DNA of 64,000 bases, from the NCBI GenBank assembly GCA_963827655.1, contig CAWHCF010000050.1, forward strand, positions 32,001-96,000, in the 5' to 3' direction. Position 1 is the stretch's first letter. Every line of letters starts with the position of its first letter. Below the pieces are notes generated by a model. The model was not told the origin of the DNA, did not search any database, and saw only the letters and a program-made list of their open reading frames with translations. Origin of the DNA: an uncultured Acidobacteriota bacterium (GTDB lineage: Bacteria; Acidobacteriota; UBA6911). Of the stretch, positions 11,951 through 20,996 are shown piece after piece. The translations under genes and the position numbers were made by a program.

Positions 11951-12262
11951 CCGGGCCGAGACCTCCGCTTCTGCGGCGCCCGTGTGCCGCCGGTAGTCGA
12001 ACCGACGCTCTACCGGACCGCGGCGGCATGACAGCTTTTCAGGTTTCGGATGTCTCGCCGGCCGCGCGGCAGGTGAGCTTTGGTGTTTCGGCCTGCACGG
12101 CAGGATGGCGGTCACCTGGTAGGAGTCGAGAGGTCCCTTCATCATCCGTTTTCGTGCGTTAAAGGGTCATGCTGGTCCATTTGTGAATTTTTCCGAGTGT
12201 GCAAAGACCTGTCTTCGGGCCGTGGTTGCAACAGGCTTCTCACACGTCAAGGAGGACATCGT

Positions 12263-13258
12263 ATGTTGCCGCGACGCGTATTGTTATCGGCATTGGGTGT
12301 CGTGGTACTCGTACTACTGGTCGGTGGAGGTAGAGGAGCGTGGGCTGGACCTGGGCCGCTCTTGTACGCTTCTACAGGAGATGCAAACAGCAATGGCGGT
12401 GGACGTCTCTACACCATAGACCCCGTTGCGCAAACGGTGACGCTCATTGGCAATACCGGACTCAGTAGATTGGGGGCCCTCGCCTTCGACGGTAACAGAG
12501 TCCTGTACAGCGCGGACGGTGGTTCCTCAGGGCCATCTTTCTTGTATACGATTAACTCGAGCAATGGGACGGCTACGTTTATCGGTGCGCTGTCTGGCAT
12601 CCGAGGTGTGGATGCCCTGGCGTTTGACGCCGGGGGAACCCTCTATGGTGGAGGCTGGGACGGAAACACCGGGCGCTTGCTCACCATTAATCCAGCAAAC
12701 GCAAACGTCTTGAGCAACATTGTTATGTCCGGCAGTGGCAACAGTTTTGTAGCAGGTCTTGCTTTTGATGCGACTAACCAACTGTTCGGTTCCCGAGGGA
12801 ATGCGAATGAACGGACCGAAGATCTGATCCAAATCGATGTCATCACTGGTCAGCATACGCCGATTGGCGTAGCCACGAACGTCATATCCGATATCTGGTT
12901 TGATGCCGCCGCTGGTACGCTTTATGGCGGATCGCCAACAGGAGACCTGTTCATCATTGACCCCCTCACAGGGGGTAAGACGTTGCTGTTCAACACGGGT
13001 ATTCGCATTGCGGGCTTGACCGGCTTAAGCGGTACCGTCGTCATTGATGGCTGCGATTCTGGCGTATTCAATGCCGTGTTCCCCGGCGGGGGCACGATCT
13101 CTGACCTGATTGTGGCATGCGCCGAGGGCGCCAGGAATCACGGCAAGTTCGTGAGTTGTGTCTCCCACTTGACCAATCAGCTGAAGAAAGTCGGGATTAT
13201 CACTGGTCAGCAGAAGGGCGCGATCCAAAGCTGTGCGGCGCAGGCCAACATTCCATAA
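12263..13258 (+). CDS. Secreted beta-propeller repeat protein with a small Cys-containing C-terminal domain
   Basis: AGGAGG RBS then MLPRRVLL signal. Repeats of LAFD..G.LY...LYTIDP..G...IG. C-terminal IDGCDSGV...NHGKFVSCVSHLTN.LKK.G.I...KGAIQSCAA. Confidence 0.82.
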   Translation: MLPRRVLLSALGVVVLVLLVGGGRGAWAGPGPLLYASTGDANSNGGGRLYTIDPVAQTVTLIGNTGLSRLGALAFDGNRVLYSADGGSSGPSFLYTINSSNGTATFIGALSGIRGVDALAFDAGGTLYGGGWDGNTGRLLTINPANANVLSNIVMSGSGNSFVAGLAFDATNQLFGSRGNANERTEDLIQIDVITGQHTPIGVATNVISDIWFDAAAGTLYGGSPTGDLFIIDPLTGGKTLLFNTGIRIAGLTGLSGTVVIDGCDSGVFNAVFPGGGTISDLIVACAEGARNHGKFVSCVSHLTNQLKKVGIITGQQKGAIQSCAAQANIP

Positions 13259-13315
13259 CGTCTCAGGCTGCGAACAAACGGGTCGGAGTAGCTGTCTCGT
13301 GGCTGCCGCCGCAGA

Positions 13316-13402
13316 TCCGTCGGATTTCTCGATCATCTTGGCGACTTCATCCAAGTAGTTTTCGAATCCAGTCCATGTGCCGCCGCCAGCCGCCGGAGCG
13401 AC
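13316..13402 (-). pseudogene. 3' fragment of a paralogue of the DUF2442-HTH gene at 19577-20425
   Basis: Reads SLRRLAAAHGL(frameshift)ENYLDEVAKMIEKSD versus SLRRLAAAHGLGLNEYLHEVARMIKKSD at 19580-19670, with visible nucleotide similarity. Confidence 0.75.
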
Positions 13403-13434
13403 CTCGTTGCCTCCACTCTCACACACTGCTCAAG

Positions 13435-13494
13435 CCGCCGTCCGCCGATGCGTCCTTCCCGGCGAGCAGCATCCAGACCTGCTTTCGTTCGCTC
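13435..13494 (-). pseudogene. 60 bp fragment of a serine recombinase (resolvase/invertase) gene
   Basis: Minus strand reads ERTKAGLDAARREGRIGGRR, the conserved helix-E/GR arm of resolvases. Confidence 0.75.
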
Positions 13495-13584
13495 TTGGCG
13501 CCGGATCCGCTTTGCTGACCCGCAGGCTGGTGAGAAACGCAGGCGTCGTGTGTAGAATGGTTCGGCACGCGGTGGAGCTCATTT

Positions 13585-14211
13585 ATGGTTAGCGTTAATC
13601 ACAAAACCAGGCTGATTCGAGTTTGTGCCGTATCAATCGCGCTGAGTATCGCGTTCGAGTCTATGAGCGCCTCCTTGGAGCGCTTTTCAGCGCAAGTCCA
13701 GCAAGCGTCCGGCACGCTGTCTTCCGCCAGGCGGATGGCGGACGGCAAACAGTGGACTACACACAATCTGGACGTCAAGACTATGCCGTCCTATTGCTAC
13801 GAAGATGCGGAACTGAATTGCCGTCGGTATGGCCGTTTGTACACCTGGGAGTCGGCGCGGCGAGTATGTCAATCATTGGGAGATGGATGGCGATTGCCGA
13901 CGGACGACGAATGGCGGCAGATGGCGAAGCACTACGGTGGCGTGAGCGAGGATTCGGATGACAGGGGTAAAGCGGCGTACAAGGCGCTCTTGGCCGGAGG
14001 CAGCTCGGGATTCAATGCCTTGCTCGGCGGTGGCCGCTCCGATGATGGCCAGTATGCACGATTGGAAGCCCACGGATTCTACTGGACGGCATCAGAGAGT
14101 GATCCGGCCAGTGGATGGTTCTACAACTTTGGTCGAGGCGGGCAAGCTCTCCATCGTCAAAGCGGCGGCGAGAAGCAGGGAGCATTTTCCGTTCGCTGTG
14201 TCCGGGAGTGA
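13585..14211 (+). CDS. FISUMP (Fibrobacter succinogenes major paralogous) domain protein
   Basis: Motifs WTTHNL, YCY...C..YGRLYTW..A...C...GWRLPT..EW, SGFNALLGG.R, GFYWTAS, FSVRCVRE. Confidence 0.88.
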   Translation: MVSVNHKTRLIRVCAVSIALSIAFESMSASLERFSAQVQQASGTLSSARRMADGKQWTTHNLDVKTMPSYCYEDAELNCRRYGRLYTWESARRVCQSLGDGWRLPTDDEWRQMAKHYGGVSEDSDDRGKAAYKALLAGGSSGFNALLGGGRSDDGQYARLEAHGFYWTASESDPASGWFYNFGRGGQALHRQSGGEKQGAFSVRCVRE

Positions 14212-14424
14212 CGACTGAGAACTCTGTCCCGCCTCTGCTGAAATAGATCGCTGGCTGCGCAGCCAATCACGCCCCTGGCCTGGATCATTGTAAGCCAACC
14301 GTCACCAAGAGAGGACTTCCGCGATAAGTGTCTTGAACAATTGCGTGGATGGCCGCTCGCTTCGAAATCCGCCGTATAAAGGTGACGTTTCAAGCAATGG
14401 CTGCAGAAATTCATAGGAGGATTT

Positions 14425-14907
14425 ATGGCAACGAAAAAAGTCGCAAAAGTCGAACCGGTCGACATGAAGCTCGAAATCGTGGTGCTCGGCGTTTCCGACG
14501 TCGACCGCGCGAAGGCGTTCTACCAAAATCTCGGCTGGCGGCTCGACATCGACGTCGCGAATGGCGACTTCCGCGGCGTGCAGATGACGCCGCACAACTC
14601 GGAAGCCTCGATCATCTTCGGCAAGGGAATCACGTCGGCCAAGCCTGGCTCGGCGCACAGCCTGGTCCTCGCCGTGGACGACATCGACGCCGCCCGCGAC
14701 GACCTGATCGCCCGCGGCGTCGACGTGAGCGAGGTCTTCCACTACGCCGGCGGCCCCTTCAACAACGCCGTGGAGAACCCGCGCGTCGGCGGGCGCGACC
14801 CGGAAGGTCGTTCCTACTTCTCGTTTGCCTCGTTCGAGGATCCGGAAGGGAACGGCTGGCTGCTCCAGGAGATCACGACGCGGCTTCCCGGCCGCGAGTG
14901 GAAGTGA
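14425..14907 (+). CDS. VOC family (glyoxalase/bleomycin resistance) protein
   Basis: Motifs VSDVDRAKAFY..LGWRLD, LAVDDIDAARDDL..RGV and FEDPEGNGWLLQE; AGGAGG RBS. Confidence 0.9.
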   Translation: MATKKVAKVEPVDMKLEIVVLGVSDVDRAKAFYQNLGWRLDIDVANGDFRGVQMTPHNSEASIIFGKGITSAKPGSAHSLVLAVDDIDAARDDLIARGVDVSEVFHYAGGPFNNAVENPRVGGRDPEGRSYFSFASFEDPEGNGWLLQEITTRLPGREWK

Positions 14908-14916
14908 CGCGAGACG

Positions 14917-15117
14917 ATGGACGTCGCGACCCTTGCAGAGCTCCTCCGCGAGACGGCGGAGCACCACGACCAATACGAGAAGACGCACGCCGAGCACCAC
15001 TGGTGGGACTGGTACGCGCCCTATCTGAGCGCCCGTCAGAACGGCAGCAGTCCGGAGGAGGCAGCAGCCGCCGCCGACCGCTACATGGAGGAGGTCCTTC
15101 ATGTTCTTCCCCGATGA
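14917..15117 (+). CDS. Small protein that accompanies this VOC subfamily
   Basis: LAELLRETAEHHDQYEKT...H.WWDWYAPYL; starts 9 bp after the VOC stop. Confidence 0.75.
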   Translation: MDVATLAELLRETAEHHDQYEKTHAEHHWWDWYAPYLSARQNGSSPEEAAAAADRYMEEVLHVLPR

Positions 15118-15243
15118 CGCCGTTCAAGTGGCCGCACTGGCGAGCGGTCGACGCCAGGTGAGCTGACGGATTTTTCATGACGTCGGCGCTCGCATTCAAC
15201 AAATCTGACTTCCGATTCAGGTGAACGCATGGGAGGAAAAAAC

Positions 15244-16161
15244 ATGGCAAATCCCATTCTGGTCACCGGCGCGGCGGGCCGCGTCGGCGGGATAGGGCGC
15301 ACGGTCACCAAACTGCTGTTGAAGCAAGGCAAAGCGGTGCGTGCGATGGTGCGAAATGAAGACGAACGCGCGCAGGCATTGCGCGACATGGGTGCGGAGG
15401 TCGTGGTCGGCAATCTGCTCGATCTCGATTCGATGCACAGGGTGATTGCCGGCTGCGAGACGATGTACTTCGGCATGTCGGTTTCGGATGCCTATCTGGC
15501 CGCGACGGTCAATGCGGCGGCGGTGGCGAAGCATCACGGCGTGAAGGCGTTCATCAATATGTCGCAGATGACGCTCTCACAGATGAGCATTACCGAAACC
15601 ACCGCGAGCCCGCAGCACAAGCTGCACTGGCTCGCCGAGCAGGCGCTGAACTGGTCCGGTCTGCCGGTCGTGCACGTGCGGCCGACAGTGCTTCTCGAAG
15701 GCTTCTTCCTGATTTTCACTTCGGATTCGGTCAGGGAATCAAATCGGATCAGACTACCGTTCGGCGAGGGCAAGACTTCGCCGGTCGCAGTGGAAGACGT
15801 TGCACGTGTGCTCGCCGCGCTGCTCGCCAATCCGCAGCCGCACATCGGCAAGATCTATCACCTGACCGGTCCGCAGTCCGAGAACATGCATTTCCATGCA
15901 CAGGAGTATTCGAAGGCGCTTGGCCGCACGATCACCTTTCAGGACATTCCGGTCGAGTCGTGGCGGGACGGGCTGCTCGAGCGCGGCTTGCCGGTTCACC
16001 TGGTGAACCACCTCGCGACGATGGCCGATCTGCACCGCGCGGGCCGCTACGACCGGATGTCGGACGACGTGCGCACGCTAACGGGGCAGGGACCGCTGAG
16101 CGTGCAGGAGTTCGTCAGGAAGAATGCGGCGAGATTCACCGCGTCGGCAAAAGAGGCCTGA
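15244..16161 (+). CDS. NmrA-like NAD(P)H-binding atypical SDR
   Basis: ILVTGAAGRVGGIG Rossmann motif, plus VRP, VAVEDVA and YHLTGP; GGAGG RBS. Confidence 0.9.
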   Translation: MANPILVTGAAGRVGGIGRTVTKLLLKQGKAVRAMVRNEDERAQALRDMGAEVVVGNLLDLDSMHRVIAGCETMYFGMSVSDAYLAATVNAAAVAKHHGVKAFINMSQMTLSQMSITETTASPQHKLHWLAEQALNWSGLPVVHVRPTVLLEGFFLIFTSDSVRESNRIRLPFGEGKTSPVAVEDVARVLAALLANPQPHIGKIYHLTGPQSENMHFHAQEYSKALGRTITFQDIPVESWRDGLLERGLPVHLVNHLATMADLHRAGRYDRMSDDVRTLTGQGPLSVQEFVRKNAARFTASAKEA

Positions 16162-16232
16162 GTGTCTGCGGATGTTACCCGCTCCAGGGCAGGAGATTTT
16201 GGATGTGTTAGAATGCTGCGAGGAGAACGGAA

Positions 16233-16423
16233 ATGCCAGAAACAATCCACATCAAAGAAGAGGCACGGCGGATCGTCGAAGACCTCCCGGAGGATGCGAC
16301 GTGGGGCGACTTTGCCCGACTTGTCCTGGAGCGGCAACGAATCGAGGAAGGGATTGCAGACTTAGAGCCGGTGTCAAGTGGACGAGCGATGAGATCCGGG
16401 ACAAGCTCCGAATTCCAAGATGA
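16233..16423 (+). CDS. Antitoxin of the ParE/RelE toxin (one frameshift near 16366)
   Basis: KEEARRIVEDLPEDATWGD...IEEGIADL then AGVKWTSDEIRDKL in another frame. The stop overlaps the toxin ATG (ATGA). Extended -10 TGtTAGAAT at 16206-16214. Confidence 0.8.
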
Positions 16424-16707
16424 CTGTTGTATGGTCGAACCGAGCACTTCGGTCCCTCGCCGACATTCACCATCATATCTCAACTGATTCCAAGGAGGCC
16501 GCAAACCGGACCATCGATCGAATACTTAAACGTGGCGATCAGTTGGCGTCGTTTCCACATTCGGGACGTCTGGTGGCCCGGTATAATCGACCAGGCGTTC
16601 GAGAACTAATCGAAGCTCCATACCGGATTATGTATCGTGTTCGACGCGAAGAGGTCGAGGTTCTTGATGTATTCCACTCGGCCCAGCTTCCGGCGTGGGA
16701 GCGGTAG
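16420..16707 (+). CDS. RelE/ParE family toxin
   Basis: VVWS.RA..L..I..I..DS..AA......I.....L..FP.SGR.......RELI..PYRI.YR.....V.VL.VFH. Confidence 0.9.
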   Translation: MTVVWSNRALRSLADIHHHISTDSKEAANRTIDRILKRGDQLASFPHSGRLVARYNRPGVRELIEAPYRIMYRVRREEVEVLDVFHSAQLPAWER

Positions 16708-16766
16708 CACTGCCTCGGTCTCCCTTCAAGACCCCCGCCGATTGCCTCCGCAGTACCCGAGATGGA

Positions 16767-17876
16767 TTACTTGCCGAGAATTTCGTTAACCAGCCTCCCC
16801 AACCGCACCCCGCCTATCTTTAGCTGCTGGTCAACGATACCTTTGTTGGCGTTGTAGTAGTTGTCTGCGAGCTGGTAGCAGTCCGTGAGGTGCCCATCCT
16901 TGGTAACCCCGCAGTTGGGGTCTAGCTTAGGAAGCTCGCCATACGCTTTTCTGACGGCGAGGTCGTAAGATCCCTCGAACCAGTCTGAGAAATCTCCCGC
17001 TTGCATATTCGCCAGTTCCGGGCTCCCTTTGGCGGGAATCGCTTTCAGAAGATTTTGGTAGTACTGAGCTTCAGTAAGATTTTCGACCTTCAGGGTGTGG
17101 GTGATGATTCCGCCATCCCAGATGGAATGGATGTTCATCGGCCCATAAGGGGTCTTAGGCTCGCCAAACCACGTAGCCACCTTGAGATTGCCACCCATGT
17201 CGCCTAGATCCTTCGGATTGCTCACAGCCTGCTCGTCTTTTTTATCCGCGGCGCAGTGCAGCGGCTGATGTATGTCGCCCACGATGTGCACGAAAAATTT
17301 TAAGGCTTCGGCGCGGGCAGTCATCTCTTCGCCATACAGGCGGTCTTCTTGAGTCGAAATTTTCGGGTTTCCCAGAACCGCCCGGAGGCGCTCGAGAGCC
17401 TGGACGGCGCAGTCGCCTCTTTTCACGTCCATAATACAATCGCGGGCGGGGTTATACTTGAAGCGAAGAGGCTCAGACCCGCCCGCATTGTTCATCACGA
17501 CCGGAATATCAACGAAGTGCCAGTTGGAAGTGTAAAGCCGCTGGTCTTTCACGGGTGGATCGGGCCAGGGCGCGATACAGGCCATTCCCTCGACCAGAAA
17601 CTTGTCTTCTTCCTTTTTCGTGAGCGTCCCCTTTTTACCGAGGCCAAGTACGTTCGCGCAATTCTTCTGGTAGTAAACAGCATTATTGCGGATGTCTGTG
17701 CGCAGCAGTTTGATGACCTCCGCTCTGGCGACAGGGTTCAAGTGCATGGCCGCGATTCGCGCCGTTATCCGGTGGCCTTCCACGCCCCACGCCAGGGCGT
17801 TTCCCGGCAACATCACAATCAAAGTGGCACAAAGCCATAAAGCAACCAGGCGTCTCTTGAAAAGTTTCGTCAGCAT
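16767..17876 (-). CDS. S1/P1 family nuclease, secreted
   Basis: Signal peptide then WGVEGH, WHFVD, HIVGDIHQPLH, D.GGN, NIHSIWD and GG.RL. GGAGG RBS before ATG 17876. Confidence 0.92.
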   Translation of the reverse strand: MLTKLFKRRLVALWLCATLIVMLPGNALAWGVEGHRITARIAAMHLNPVARAEVIKLLRTDIRNNAVYYQKNCANVLGLGKKGTLTKKEEDKFLVEGMACIAPWPDPPVKDQRLYTSNWHFVDIPVVMNNAGGSEPLRFKYNPARDCIMDVKRGDCAVQALERLRAVLGNPKISTQEDRLYGEEMTARAEALKFFVHIVGDIHQPLHCAADKKDEQAVSNPKDLGDMGGNLKVATWFGEPKTPYGPMNIHSIWDGGIITHTLKVENLTEAQYYQNLLKAIPAKGSPELANMQAGDFSDWFEGSYDLAVRKAYGELPKLDPNCGVTKDGHLTDCYQLADNYYNANKGIVDQQLKIGGVRLGRLVNEILGK

Positions 17877-18127
17877 TGGTTGCACCTCCGTCGAAATTAC
17901 GTGCGGATCTTACTCTATGGAACATGCCCACTGTTGTGAAATTTGCAGAAGTGTTCTGTCATCTTTGGCGCCCGATCGCCGTGGCGTTTATGATAGCTCC
18001 ACGTCCCACGCATTCCCTTTATCCCGTTGCGGTGGCGCCCTGGACGGCAGCCCGAGACAATCGAGAATTCTGCGGATCGCCTCGGGCGGGTGAATGCGGC
18101 GATCTGTCCTGCGTGTGGGAACTCGTT

Positions 18128-19359
18128 TCAGAGTGCGCTTCGGGAGACCTCGTCGATCAGTCGCCGCGCGGCGACCTCCGCGCCGTCGGTGCGCACCGAG
18201 GCGGCGACAGATCGGGCACGGACCGCCACGTCCGGCTGGAGGGTGCGGCTGAGCGCCTCGGTCAGCGAGTCGGCGGTGGGCCGCCGGGCGCGTGCGCGGT
18301 TCCGATCCCGAGGTGGTGGACTCGCTGTGCCCAGTAGTGCTGGTCGTAGATCTGGGGCACGACGACCTGGGGTGCTCCGGCCTGCGCGGCTGCGGTCGTG
18401 GTGCCCGCGCCACCGTGGTGCACTACGGCGGCGACCCGTCTGAAGAGCGCCTGCAGGTTGACCTCCCCGATGGACAGGCAGTCGGGTTCGTCGTCCGGCA
18501 GTGCCACGTCGGCCCACCCACGGGACACGATCGCACGGCGGCCGAGCGCGCGGGCCGCCTTGATCATCGCCTGGCTGAGGTCCTGTGGAGCGCGCATACT
18601 GCCGAAGCCGAAGTAGACGGGTGGCTCGCCGGCGTCGAGGAATGCCTCCAACTCCGGGGACAGTGGGCGCTTGTCCGACAGGAACCAGGCGCCCGTCTGG
18701 ACGACATCCAGGTCCGCGGTCTCGGGCCATGGCCCCAACGTCGGGTCGGCGGCCAGCCATGGCCGGTCGGTGAAGATGTGGCTCCGCACGTCGGTGACCG
18801 GGGCCAAACCGGCTGACGCCCGATGGGAGTTGATAGCTGCGCCGAAGTTGTCGTTCCAGCGTTTCGCGTCCTGGGCCCAGAGCGTGCGATTGTCGGCCGT
18901 GCCGTCCGTCGGCGGCTGTGCCCGCAACGGCAATGGGGGCGGCGCATGGTGTGGGGATGGCAGGGTTATCGGGCACCAGGCGGCGTAAACGTAGGGGATT
19001 CCCATCTGCTCGGCCACCGAGCGAAGGGCGAATTGCAGTGCCATGCCCGCCACAAGAACGTCACAGCCCTTGGCTGCCGCCGTGATCGTCTCGAACTGGC
19101 CGGCGACAGTGTCCTCCATTAGCTGACGCAGCTGCTCTGGCGATGGCGGGGCCTGCGCGGCTGGTGGGCGGGGTGCCGCGGTCTGGCGCACCTCGGGTCC
19201 GACGGGCACGAAGGGAATCCCGAGGGTGTCGATCCACTCGCGGAAGTCAGGGGGCGCACAGATACGGACTTCCTGACCAAGCTCCCTCAACTGCAATGCC
19301 AACGCCACCACTGGCTGGACGTCGCCACGAGAACCGATTGTCGACAGCAGCACACGCAT
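18128..19359 (-). CDS. GT1/GT28-type glycosyltransferase, GtfA/Rgt-like (one frameshift near 18270)
   Basis: MRVLLSTIGSRGDVQP, PVYFGFGS, VVHHGGAGTT and PQ..DQ..WA. The C-terminus (RTDGAEVAARRL) continues in the 18128 frame. Confidence 0.9.
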
Positions 19360-19576
19360 TGGGAACTCCTCTCCGGTAAGAACGTAGGAAGGATAAGCGG
19401 CCTGCATATCGAAATTCCAGGCCGGAGTCGCGTAAGGCTGTCTTGTTGTTCGGCCTCAATGATCCAAGCGTTCCCCGTGATACACCGGGATTGAGGAGAT
19501 TGAGGGACAGCCTCGGGTTTCCGCACCTTCGAGGTGGGCCGCTCGGAGGGTCAAGGGGGTCGATCCGTGTGACAGG

Positions 19577-20425
19577 CTAATCCGCGTCGGATTTCTTGAT
19601 CATCCGGGCGACTTCGTGCAAGTACTCGTTCAAACCGAGTCCGTGCGCCGCCGCCAGCCGACGAAGCGATTTAAACGTCGTCCCTTCCCCCTTCTCGATC
19701 CGACGTACTTGCCGCTCGGACAGACCCTTGATGTCCGACTGCTTCACTCCTCTTGCTGCGCGGAGGCTCGTGATCGCCGCGCCGTATCGCCTATCGCGGA
19801 TTGTCTTGGCGGCTAGCGCTCTCTCGCGCCAGTGAGGGTCGATGCTGGCGCGGATCGCATCCAAGTCGATGTGAATGTCCGGTCCTGGCCAGTGAAGAAA
19901 GCTTCCGTCTTCGTCTATCTCAAAAGTACTCCGTTCGGCCTCCGCGATGGACTTCAGCGCCGGCACCTTATCGAACGGGATCTCGTAACGATCGAGCGCG
20001 CACGAAATGACAAACAGGTAATCGTCCGACACGTTCGCATCTGCAATAAGCTCGTTCTGAGCGCCATGCAACCAAGCGGTGAGGACACGTCTTGGCAAGG
20101 TCCAATCGGAATGCACGAGCGTATTTCGGAGGGTCCTCAGACCGGCCCGCTCGAACCAATAGGGAAGCCAGCGCGCATTTACATCGTCCCGGACGAACAA
20201 GGCACGAAGCTGATGCCGGCGATTTGCAATGGACACGAAATAGGAGACATCGGGCAGATCAATCGCTTGAGCGAGCACGAACACATTGAGAGCCTCCTCG
20301 GCAATCTCAGGACGAGGCCGACGAAGCACTCGAATCCCCGCTTCTTCCGGGACGGCTTCTTCGCTACCAGCGCCGTGTGCGAGCACCGTCAGCTCGGGCC
20401 TCGACGAATTCATTTCGATTTGCAT
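19577..20425 (-). CDS. DUF2442 + XRE-type HTH protein (putative antitoxin) with a long N-terminal extension
   Basis: FEIDEDGSFLHWPGPDIHIDL (DUF2442-like); YGAAITSLRAARGVKQSDIKGLSERQVRRIEKG (HTH); overlaps the upstream DUF4160 gene. Confidence 0.8.
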   Translation of the reverse strand: MQIEMNSSRPELTVLAHGAGSEEAVPEEAGIRVLRRPRPEIAEEALNVFVLAQAIDLPDVSYFVSIANRRHQLRALFVRDDVNARWLPYWFERAGLRTLRNTLVHSDWTLPRRVLTAWLHGAQNELIADANVSDDYLFVISCALDRYEIPFDKVPALKSIAEAERSTFEIDEDGSFLHWPGPDIHIDLDAIRASIDPHWRERALAAKTIRDRRYGAAITSLRAARGVKQSDIKGLSERQVRRIEKGEGTTFKSLRRLAAAHGLGLNEYLHEVARMIKKSDAD

Positions 20426-20682
20426 ACTTTATCTTCCCATTCCCGGAAGAGGGCGACGCGATGCTTGAGGACTGCCCGCAGAATAGTGGCCCGCTCCGCA
20501 GATGAGGGCCCCTTCCTACCCCACTTCAGTTCGAAAACAAGATCGCCATCCGTGCACTCCAGAAAGAACACCCGTATTTCCCATTTACCGCGCATGGCAA
20601 TGTGTATGTGCTGAGGCAGGTGATCCGATGAGTTAATCCAAACCTTCAGCCCCTCAATCGTGAAAGCTTCGACCTTTCCCAA
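20410..20682 (-). CDS. DUF4160 family protein (putative toxin)
   Basis: 90 aa with I.GLKVWINSSDHLPQHIH and C-terminal L.REWE; TTG start. Confidence 0.8.
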   Translation of the reverse strand: MGKVEAFTIEGLKVWINSSDHLPQHIHIAMRGKWEIRVFFLECTDGDLVFELKWGRKGPSSAERATILRAVLKHRVALFREWEDKVCKSK

Positions 20683-20724
20683 CGGAGCTCCTGAATTTCA
20701 ACCTGTCAAAGCGTAGCAGATATA

Positions 20725-20761
20725 GGACATGTTATCAAACAATGTTGATTAAATTATGTCC
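20725..20761. promoter_or_regulatory. Imperfect palindrome, candidate autoregulatory operator of the DUF4160/HTH operon
   Basis: GGACATgttATCAA-acaatg-TTGATtaaattATGTCC in an AT-rich patch about 45 bp upstream of the operon. Confidence 0.45.
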
Positions 20762-20996
20762 GGCATGCTGTACGGGGGGTCGCCGCCTTTCAGCTCCATC
20801 TGGAGTTTCATGCCCTGGTTGACGACTCTGCCGCTGGTCACGGTGGTGAGACACTTTCAGCCACACCATTTCGGAGGCACTGTCGGCACCGGCACTTTTG
20901 CGGTATGCTCAGCGGACAAGGCCGGCCCGCGACCCGCTCGAGACGAGCGCGCTGTCAACATCGCGCGGCGGCCGGAGCCACCCGAGGTACACCTAG

